Part shown: positions 54,190 through 64,000 of the stretch, one piece after another
Layout of the letters: every line of letters starts with the position of its first letter
Position numbering within the stretch: the stretch's first letter is position 1
NCBI GenBank assembly: GCA_951406725.2
Contig: OX597843.1
Span: forward strand, 20,150,001 to 20,214,000
Direction of reading: 5' to 3'
DNA length: 64,000 nt
Source of the DNA: Octopus vulgaris
Lineage: Eukaryota
The notes under the pieces: generated by a model
Databases searched by the model: none
Seen by the model: the letters and a program-made list of their open reading frames with translations, nothing else
What the model was told of the DNA's origin: nothing
Translations under genes and position numbers: made by a program

Positions 54190-54680
54190 TCCGTCCTAAA
54201 AAACTTTGTGCGGAGTGAATGGTTACCTCTATGGAAATATATACACACACATTATACATACATGTGTGTATAGATGAATATATAAATACATTTAAATATC
54301 TATATACACTTTTGGGCGATCTTTCTGCTACTTGGATTGACTTTAGATCTTATATTCGTCCAATTCGTCCTAAATAACTTTGTATGGAGTGAATGGTTAC
54401 CTCTATGGAAATATATACACACACATTATACATAAATGTGTGTGTCTATATACACTTTTGGGCGACTGCTACTTAGAGATAACTTTAGATGTTATTTTCG
54501 TCCTAAAAAACTTTGTGCGGAGTGAATGGTTACCTCTATGGAAATATATACATATACATTATACATACATGTGTGTATAGATGAATATATAAATACATTT
54601 AAATATCTATATACACTTTTGGGCGATCTTTCTGCTACTTGGATATACGTTAGCTCTTATATTCGTCCTAAAAAACTTTC
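54190..54680. repeat. Tandem repeat, about 3 units of 130-175 bp
   Basis: GGAGTGAATGGTTACCTCTATGGAAATAT recurs near 54213, 54387 and 54519. Confidence 0.9.
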
Positions 54681-55174
54681 CTGTCACACACTCACACACA
54701 CGCACACACACACACACAGACGCACCCTCACACACACACACACACTCACACACACACACTCACACACACGCACACACACACATGTTAGCTTACAATTTTA
54801 TTTATATATTTGCGTGTCTATGTGTGTAAAGAGGGAGTGGGAATGCAGAGTGAAGAGCTTTCACTTTAATCGTTGCACACTTGCAAAGAGAATGGAGGAG
54901 AAATTAGGGTGATAGCGTCAGTGAATCAGATCGCTCCGTTTGTGTGTGTGTGTGTGTGCTAAGAAAAGCACTTGACTTACACACCACAATGTGAGTTTTC
55001 TCTAAGTTTTGCATAATTGGGGTTGAAATTTGAAAAACTGGACCTGGCACGACCCGATTTATTCTACTCTTAAAAATGCTAGGTAAATTGTAATTGAAGA
55101 AATCCTATATTGTAGATTTCTATAAGAGACAAAGGGAGGCAGATAAAATCTGCCTTTTATAATAAGAGATATAT

Positions 55175-55570
55175 CATCATCATCGTTTAACGTCCCTTTT
55201 CCGCGTTAGCACGGGTTGGACGGTTCGAACGGGGTCTGGGAAGCCATGGGCTGCACCAGGCTCCAGTCTGATCTGGCAGTGTTTCTACGGCTGGATGCCC
55301 TTCCTAACGCCAACCACTCCGCGAGTGTAGTGGGTGCTTTTTACGTGCCACCTGCACAGGTACAGGGTGGGGGGGCTCGCATCGGCCACGATCGGTTGGT
55401 GGTTTTAACGGGCCACCGGCACGGAAGCCAGCCAGCGCGATGCTGGCATCGGTCACGTTCGGATGGTGCTTTTTATGTGCCACCGGCACAGAAGCCAGTC
55501 GAGGCGGCGCTGGCATCGGCCACGTTCGGATGGTGCTTTTTATGTGCCACCGGCACAGGTATCACAACTA
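55175..55570 (-). mobile_element. SINE-like element with (GAT)n tail and internal repeats of about 60 bp
   Basis: Second copy at 57677-57988; shared CTTCCTAACGCCAACC. Confidence 0.75.
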
Positions 55571-55825
55571 CTATTTCCATTGATATTTATTTCGATGTTC
55601 ATGTTCATGTACTTGACTCAACAGGTCTCCTCAAGCACAGCGGGGTGTTCTGGAATCCAAGGTACTTTGAATGGGCAGGGGCTATGCGGAACTGGTGCAG
55701 GAAGCAGCCCGGGTTTTTGCAGTCACAGCATATCTCTTGAGATCTCGGTCCTTCGCCATTGCCTCAGTGAGGCCCTGTGCATTATGTGGTCGGTCGGTTC
55801 AGCTGAAAATATGCACACCTATGAA

Positions 55826-56907
55826 CTGTTTCGTTACTATATTACTGACCAAAATACACCCCTTATGTGTTTCAATTAATTTCTAACATAATCATAAATT
55901 TAGTCTGGTTTCATTAAACAACTATAACTTTTTTATTTATCAATATATTAATCTGATTTTTGGAAGATAATTTAATGAAATGTTCTCAACCAATTCTATA
56001 CTATAATTTTTGTCACAAAGTGACACTAATTGCAGGTAGATACAGGTAAATTCAACAAAATATAAAATTATTAAAGTTTTGTTCAAACATCGCTATAGAA
56101 AATGGGTTATTAGCTAATATTCAATTGGGTATACAACAAAATTTTACGATAGATTTTCTTATTCTGGGTAACTTTCTGATACCCATAATAATATTTATGG
56201 CAAAATAGTCTTAATTTCATTTAAGGTTGTGGGAAACCACTAACCATCCTTTCTTTCGCTTTGTTTACATTTAGCGTAACGGTTCGTTTCCGCCGTAATG
56301 ATTTCAAATAGGCTCATTCGAAAAAGTAAGAAATAGTCTAAGGTTTTACTCTCCTGGGAAAGTCTGTGGCTTGGTCCAGTTTCTTAAGAAAAATCACCGA
56401 AAGGAATAGTTTTTCAATTTTCACTCCATTCAGGTGCCAATTCATTTTCTTTATCGCTGTCGGAGCTCTCGGATTCACTGTTTTCACTTTCGGAAAATGA
56501 AACATCAGATTCATTATCAAATACCACCTGCTTTTTTTTTCAGTCATAGAGTTAGATGAATCAAGGTCTTCAGTGGAAAATCCTTCGAATTCTGACTCGC
56601 TGCTTGATATGATGAAATTCGTATCCATTTATTATCAGAATTACAAATTTTGAAAACACAATAGGAACAAATTTCGGAAAAAATCTCCCAAAATTCACGG
56701 AATTAAAATTACACTTAGATCGTTGTACAAAAGTGTATATGAACTGTTTACGAAGTATAATCACGTGTTTTCACGAATGTACTAAAGAGATTTGCTCTGA
56801 TATTCTCATTTAAATATGAATAAGTAAATACGGGCGGGTTTGGTCGGTTTGGTCACATTAAACAAATCTTTTTTCGGGCGGCTTTGGCCGGTTTGGTAAC
56901 GAAAGGG
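55826..56907 (-). mobile_element. Internally deleted piggyBac transposon
   Basis: TTAA|CCCTTTCGTTAC terminus, degenerate TGAA|CTGTTTCGTTAC at the other end, subterminal repeats, and an acidic N-terminus leading to LDYFLLF..ETNRYA. Confidence 0.8.
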
Positions 56908-57676
56908 TTAAAAATGCTGGCAAGTTTGCATGACAACTATTTGTTTACTCAAATGAAAGGCGTCACCTCTATGACAAAATTCCTCATCCGATAAAATGTG
57001 GCCCCATTTGACCCGAATGAAATCGGGTTATATTAACCAAAATGTGAAAAGGGGTATAAATGGGGCTGGAAGGGGATTAAAATTTCAAGGAGCGAGTGTT
57101 TAGGAATTCTCTGTTACATCAAGCTAAGAAATTTGCGCCAGCCTTTTAATCTTCGATGTGTTACCGTCCATGATAAAGAAGTTTTGAATGCTTGCCATGG
57201 TGAGTCGACTGTCGTGACAAAGAATCACTTCAAAACTTGGTGTTTACGAATTTTCTTTTACATCAAGTTCAAAATTTTATGCCAGCCGTTAAACTGTCAA
57301 TACGTTGCTGTCCGTCGTTAAGAAATGCCAGTCATGGTGACTCTACTATCCTCACATTCTATCCCTTCAAACTTTGCTTTCCAATATTTTATTATTTTTA
57401 TTCAGCTCGCAAGTTCGTCTGTCCCTTTTAAATGTTAGCGTTTTGCTGTCTGCCTTCAAGCAGACCTTTCCGTTGCCACTGCCTCATATTTATGATTGAT
57501 CTTTCTAAATATTTTATTTCTCAACTTACTCAAGATCTTTTGATGTTTATAAATGGGAGAGAGAGAGAGATAAAGATAGAGAGTAAGAGAAAGCGAGGGA
57601 GAGTCCGAGAGAAAAGAAAAGTAAGAGAGTGGGAAAGTAAGAGAGAAAAGGAGAGAGAAACAAAGAGGGAGAATCA

Positions 57677-57988
57677 TCATCATCATCATCATCGTTTAAC
57701 GTCCGTTTCCCGTGCTAGTACGGGTTGGACGGTGTGACCGGGGTCTGGGACGCCAGGGGGCTGCACCAGGCTCCAGTCTGATCTGGCAGTGTTTCTACAG
57801 GTGGATGACCTTCCTAACGCCAACCACTCTGTGAGTGTGGTGGGTCCTTTTTTCGTGCCGCCGGCACAGGTGCCAGGGGGGCTCGCAGCGGCAACGATCG
57901 GTTGGTGCTTTTTACGTGCCACCGGCACAAAAGCAAGTCAAGGCGGCGCTACAATCGGCCACGTTCGGATGGTGCTTTTTACGTGCTG
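57677..57988 (-). mobile_element. SINE-like element, same family as 55175-55570
   Basis: Direct sequence match. Confidence 0.75.
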
Positions 57989-58202
57989 AAAGGAAGCAAC
58001 AGAAAGTAACAACCACACTCTTACCCGCGCGTAGAGCGGGTCACCTTCGGCTAGTATATATATATATATATATATATAAATATATGCATATAATTCTTAT
58101 GCACATAGGTATACACACAATAACGCACAAAAATACGCACTCATTCTTACATCCACGCACGCAGACATAATGGCACACACACAGACACACCTATATATAT
58201 AT

Positions 58203-58470
58203 TATTATGCGTGGTGCGCAGTTGACTGAGAGGTCAGCAAAACCCTTTGTAACATCAAAGATAAACTGAATACATTTAATCCTTTTTGAACTTCTGTGAT
58301 TTCCTCATTTCCTTTACTTTTGAAGATCGTAGGCTCGAAACGTAAAGCCCTTTCACACTTTTCGGAGTGTCAAACTAATACACACCTTTTTCATATATCT
58401 GTGTTCGTCTTTTATTTTTCTGTAAACTTCAACTATGTATATACATGTGTATAGATAGATAGATAGATAT

Positions 58471-58530
<60 letters not shown>

Positions 58531-58545
58531 GTAGAAAGATAGATG

Positions 58546-58609
<64 letters not shown>

Positions 58610-58890
58610 TAGATAGATAGATAAATAGATAGATAGTTAGATATAAATACAGTGTACATTTGAACACATAAGATGTACCCGTCATAGGATTTCCTGCACG
58701 CCAGAAGGAACAGCTAAAATCCAAACCGCAATTAGGGATAATCATCGAAGGGAATGAAAATTATAAAAAAATTAACTCTATCTCCTAGACAACGGATTCA
58801 GACATAATTTTAGCAAATAAAATTATTTGCTAGGCGAAGTCCTCATCAGCAGGTACGCCTAGATTAAAACATATAAGCATGAGGCAATCC
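58203..58890 (+). repeat. Continuation of the duplication: 16661-16730 joined to 22359-22757
   Basis: Near-identical sequence on each side of a junction near 58272. Confidence 0.88.
58784..58853 (-). ncRNA. Type I hammerhead-like motif with one core change
   Basis: CCUG CUGAUGA GGAC [internal hairpin] GUCU GAAU CCGUUG UC UAGG. Confidence 0.5.
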
Positions 58891-59099
58891 AACAACGCCT
58901 CTTATGTGATACCTCTTATGTGTTTAGATATGTTTAAATGTGTTTAAACACATAAGACGAATACGTCTTATGTGTTTAAATGTACGCTGCATTTATATAA
59001 TTAATATATAGGCTATTGTCAATTTTTTTTACACGTTAGGCGACTGGAAGTAAAAATTATAAGCTTATTATTACCCTGTTATTGTTAATTATTGATAGA

Positions 59100-60812
59100 T
59101 AGGGACGGCATAGTTGCTTGACAGCAACGCGAAACTCGCGGTGCCATTCGTGCTTTCTCGGCCTCTTTTTGATCCACGACTGCAGTTCGGTCATGGAGAC
59201 GAGTTGCGGGAAAGCGTGCCTCACAAACGGCGACCACACCTGTTCACCGTCGTCTACGTAGAGCCTGAGATATCGTAATCTCAGAGCGTATCTGCGCATC
59301 ATCAACCACGGCATGCCCAGTCCTTATTTTAACGGGTGTTGACAGCAAATGTATCGCCTGACCATCGGGACGCATCCTTTCCACAAGAAACGAAAGAGAA
59401 TGCGGGACAAGGTACGACGGTCAGGCGGTAGTAGATGACGTACGTGATGTACGAGTTCGCCACCTCCGCCCGACCTTTTAGGGACAGTTTCCTCTCGGCC
59501 CATTGCCGGGCGACAGTGACCACCCTACTCAATATCTCGTTCCATTTCTTCCCCACTGGAGGTCCGCACCAACCCAGACCCTGAGAAACTCGAACGGACC
59601 GTCGGTCCAGCGTCCCACGACGGAGGCGCTGGTGGACTGCATGGGCTTGCTTCTCCAGGTGCCGAGTTGCAAGCCCACTGATTTTTCCCGGTTGATTTTC
59701 GCTCCTGTCACCGCTTCGTCGTCTTTCAGTGTCTCGCCGACATGCTCTATGTGCTCGTGGCTAGACACTATGACGTATGCAGACACGTTCGTCACGAATC
59801 CCAATTCTCGTGGGATGACCCTCATAGTTGGCAGCTTCCGTAATAATGCCTCGAGAGTCAATGCCTACGGAAGCGACGAGAGGGGGCATCCCTGACGGAC
59901 ATAACGTGCAATGTCGAAAGGTCTCTATAGAAGTCCATTTACGCGAATTACCGTACGGATGCCTGTGTACAAAGCGGCTATCCAGCTGCGGAAGACGGGA
60001 GCGAAACCAACCGCTCTGAGGACAGCCTCCAAGTATCGATGGTCTACCCTATCGAAAGCTTTCGCTTGATCCAAATTGATCTGCGCCCCACCCGTGCCAG
60101 ATTCCTTAACTACCCTGTCTATGATGTAGCGCATCAGGTGGCGGTCGTCATGGATGCTCCGGCCCGGCACGGCGCACGTTTGCGCCTTGTCGACCAGTTT
60201 CTCAATGACAAGCGCCAACCTCTTCGTTAACACCTTGGCCAAGATTTTCAAGTCTGCATTAAGCAGAGTGATGGGCCTAAAGTTATCTATTACATTCCCC
60301 TTGTTTAGATCTTTCTTCAGCAGTGCTACGTCTCCTCGGATCACAAAACCAGGAATGCTCCCGTTTTTCTGCCAGTTGCAGTACTCCGCTGCCAAGACGT
60401 CCCCAAACTAGTCATGTCACTCGAGCATTCTGCCATCGCGTCCTGCACTTCCGCAGCTGTGATGGCACCTTCGTTGCGCCCTGCCACTCTTGTCGAGAGT
60501 CGTGGTAGGCTGTGTAGGTTGGCACTGAAGTCCACCATACGTTCTTACCCGCCACTCGTCCCGAACAGTCGGGCAAAATGCTGTTGGAAGTCCACACACA
60601 TTTTACTAGGCTCGAGCAATTCGCGCCACTGTTCATCTACTAGAGAAAGAATTGTGGCTTTGTTGCCCTGTTGCGCCTCTGCCACACGGGCTTCCCTCGC
60701 GGCTCTAACACCTTCGTTCCTTAGAGCACGCATCTTAGCTCTGACAACACACCCTTCGTGTTTGACGTTGAAGCGTTGGTCGAGGGCCAACCTCGCCGCC
60801 AAAACGTCGGGT
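59100..60812 (-). mobile_element. Tx1/L1-clade LINE RT fragment
   Basis: NFRPITLLNADLKILAKVL, QTCAVPGRSI, LDQAKAFDRVDH, VRQGCPLS, LSLKGRA. Confidence 0.92.
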
Positions 60813-61289
60813 AGATAGATAGATAGAGCGAGAGAGACAGAGACATACATACATACATACTTATATATACATACATACTTAGATAAAAGGAATAATTTTA
60901 AAAATCGGTATGCCAATCACGTAGGCTCCTTCCGACATAAGAACACAAGCAAAGCTACTAAGGTCGCTACCTATTCTTTATTAACATTTTTGTAATCTTT
61001 CCAGCCCTTTAATTTAAGAGCTAAGAAGGATTACACTTTCACCTTTTCTACTTTTTCATTTTTAGATTTTTGTGTTTTCATTTTCTTTTTTTTTTAACTT
61101 TCTACATTTTTTATATGCTGTATTCTCAGTTTTCTCAAGTTTCTTCTCTTATTCATTTTTCTTTAGTTCGTAATGATATGTTGTTTGTCCCGGGTGTATA
61201 TGTTTGAGATATCCCTCAACATATGAAACTGAACTTAAAGTCATGTACTGTGTCCATTAGATTAATAAATAGTATATATATTATTGTTT

Positions 61290-61545
61290 GTTCATTCTCG
61301 AGCCATGCCTGGCTCATAAGGGACGGAACGCCGGACCTTTGCCGGTGAGCTGCGAGAAGCAGGAGGAAAGAGTGAGAGAATGTGATGGAGAAAGAGTCAG
61401 CAGAGGTTAACGATTACTTCACGCTGGAGCCGCGTGGAGCTGAGGTGTTCAGCTCATAAACAAACATCGCATAATCTGAGATTCGAAACCGCGATCTCTC
61501 GAGCGCGAGACTGCTGCTCTAACCACTAGAACTTCTGCCTCCATA
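61290..61545 (-). mobile_element. tRNA-derived SINE, third family
   Basis: Minus strand TAGTGGTTAGAGC ... GTTTCGAATCTC, A/B-box-like head. Confidence 0.65.
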
Positions 61546-62684
61546 TATATATGCACATGTGCCTCCATATATATATATTGCTCGTATTTTCCGTGTTGAA
61601 GTTAAACCCACATCTGGCCTTGTATTGAAATCTTCTACATTCCCTCTACCAACTGTTACCAATTAAGGTGTTATATCTGATTCGGCAGGGATTTTACCTG
61701 CTTAACGCTTTGGACATACTCCTCCATACTGGACCGTCTGAAATCGCATTGAAACGTTTGGGTGTTCGTCGACACATTGCGTGATGTATGTTTAATTCTT
61801 TTCCCTTAATGTCACTCTCGGTACAAAATTGATCATTGTGTCCACTCATAAAATACTAATCCTATGGGTAATTGCATACAAAAAGCCCATTGTTTTTTTG
61901 AAATCTCCCTCTCACTCGCAGTTATCGATTTTTGTCAACTCTTCATCTGGTATCAACTAATGGACATGAGCTGTAATCACATGTAAAATTTCTACAAAAT
62001 CGTTAAGAATGTCTGTAAGGAAATGCCTATGTACCTTTATGCCCTTTTCAAGCTCTTTTGAATTAAATAAATACCTTTTACCGTATCCACCACCAAACAT
62101 TTATCTACGTTTAATATTTCATTAAAATCGGATGAAAAATATGAAATTTACGGCCAAAAATAAAACCCCTATGGGTATTTGCACACAAAACGTCTATTGA
62201 TTTTATAAAACCACTGCTCCGGCGCAATTACCAATTTTTTTCTCAACATCATATCATGAAATCAACTCACTGCCATGAGCCTTGCTCACTCATCGACTTT
62301 CATTAAAGTTGGACGAAAAATGCAAAAGCTGCTGGGAAAATAACATCGTTATGGGAATATGCGAGGTTAATGAGGAAAATTTTAAAATGTCGCCATTGTT
62401 TTCAAATTAGGTTTCACATTTTGTTTGAAAAAAAAGCGTGTATGATAATGGTGATCACCGATTTCGAAAATTTTTCTGTTAAAACTTTTGTTAATGCGTC
62501 GTTCAAAAGCATTGGCCAAAATCGTTACCGATTGGGATTGGCGATTCGAAAAAAATCAAAACATTCAGACAATTTTTAAAGACCTTCCTGCCATCATTTC
62601 AAACGTTGAGGTGAACAAAAAAATTTGAAAATCATCACCAGAATCAGTGCAGGAGTGGCTGTGTGGTAAGTAGCTTGCTTACCT

Positions 62685-64000
62685 GATTGTGCATGTGCGA
62701 ATCGGAGTTGTGTTTGATACTGAAGCAGTAAAGACGTGTTTTTGAAGCCGTCTTAAATGGAAGAGTTTTGAAACACAGTTATAAGGTAAGACTTTTTTTG
62801 GGGTCTAGTGGGGGCATGCTGTCTGCCGCAATTATGTTTTGCAAACAAGAAGTCCTCACTGGATTCTAGTCTACTTGTAGCTGAGTGAATATTTTTTCAC
62901 TTAACTGCGAAAATTATTGTTTTGGTGGGCGTATCCTGCCGCAAAATTTTGTTTGAGAATCGTGTTTGTCCAGGAATAAGATTTCAACAATATTGTTCCT
63001 GTTAAGGATTACCTATGAGAAGAAAATTGGAAAGATTTGCGTTAAAATTTTGGCCTGGAGTACCGAGTGGCCATTGCTGTGTTTTGAACTGTTTCTCTCT
63101 CTTCGTCTCTCTTTTATTTAAAAAAGACTCTTTATTGAACTGTTAATTTTTTCTCCTTCCTTTTTGTTTAGACTTTTTTCTCTTCCTTCTTTTTCGTTAA
63201 TTATTTTGTATTTTATGAGGTGTTTTTTTGACTTTTTTTAAAAAGAAACATGGCAAAGGACAATGGAATGTTGGTGGAGTGGGAATTTATACCACCCAAA
63301 AGATGATTAAAAGAACTTAAAAGTAAGACGGTGGTTTTGAGGACCTACTCTAGGACCCCCGACGCCATTGCCGTTTTCAAAAAATATAATCGAAAGAGAG
63401 ATGGCAGAATTTAAGCTAGCTATTAAGTTTATCACTCGGAGGGTCAAATATGCAACCGTGTGGTTGATGTTTGACTCCCCAGAAATGGATTGTGAATTTG
63501 CGAGCCAGCTCCTGGAAGGCAATGGAATTTTGTTTCTTCCCACATATTGTTGGAAGAAGTTGATGAGGGCCTGGGTTTGTGGCTTGCCACTCGGAGTTGA
63601 GCTCGAGTGGATAGGAAATACTATCCGCCGGGGTCTGGGTGGCAGTAGCACCAAGCTCTTCAATGTAAATATTCTGCATACGGCTGACTTGAAGGGGTCA
63701 AAAGCTGTTTTGACCCTCTAGATCCTGTCAGCCGAAAGTCTGGTATTTCCAGACTTTTTAAGAATAGGCGGGTCGAAGTATCCGGTGATGCTTGAGGGAG
63801 CCCCCCTCCCCCAAATGGCATCGGTGCTTGCAACCTGGCCATATAAAAAAGAACTGTCCTCAACGGCAAAGCAAAATCCTGGAGCGGTTGACGGAGACCT
63901 CTGTAGAAGAAGGAATGAAGGCGGCCGAGGAGACAGAGGATGCCTCAAAGAAGATCCGCAAATGGAAGAAGGTGAGTAATAATGGGTAATCACCGAAGGA
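62685..64000 (+). mobile_element. Probable 5' UTR and frameshifted ORF1 of a Tx1/L1-type LINE
   Basis: T-rich leader, ATG at 63250, degenerate knuckle WHRCLQPGHIKKNCP; runs off the window. Confidence 0.6.

Larger units (their letters stand above)
52576..58054 (+). mobile_element. Non-autonomous Helitron ends enclosing nested insertions
   Basis: 5' TC end and 3' hairpin plus CTAG|T both match 27375-27969. Confidence 0.6.

Noticed and set aside
55216-55879. GC-rich ORFs of 138-174 aa
   Set aside because: They arise mostly from internal tandem repeats of a SINE-like element.

Overview
AT-rich, microsatellite-dense animal DNA; the SINE families suggest an octopus/coleoid cephalopod (inference). 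No intact long gene is present and most ORF-track entries are microsatellite artefacts. The window is mostly decayed mobile elements: a RepHel Helitron split by a full-length Ty3/Gypsy element, non-autonomous Helitrons, Penelope-like elements, RTE, HERO, R4/Dong, Tx1/L1 and CR1-like LINEs, mariner/maT, piggyBac and tRNA-derived SINEs. Signals not shown by the ORF track: (1) a 72-nt leucine-rich-repeat exon and a probable LRR-cap exon on the minus strand at 213-834, plus a decayed LDLa-like exon near 37.5 kb; (2) a diverged duplication of about 1-22.8 kb at about 41.7-59 kb, part of it scrambled and possibly misassembled; (3) many fold-back elements, several with minimal hammerhead-ribozyme motifs in both polarities, one with a U3-A8 covariant core. 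All calls are by eye; no searches or folding were run.
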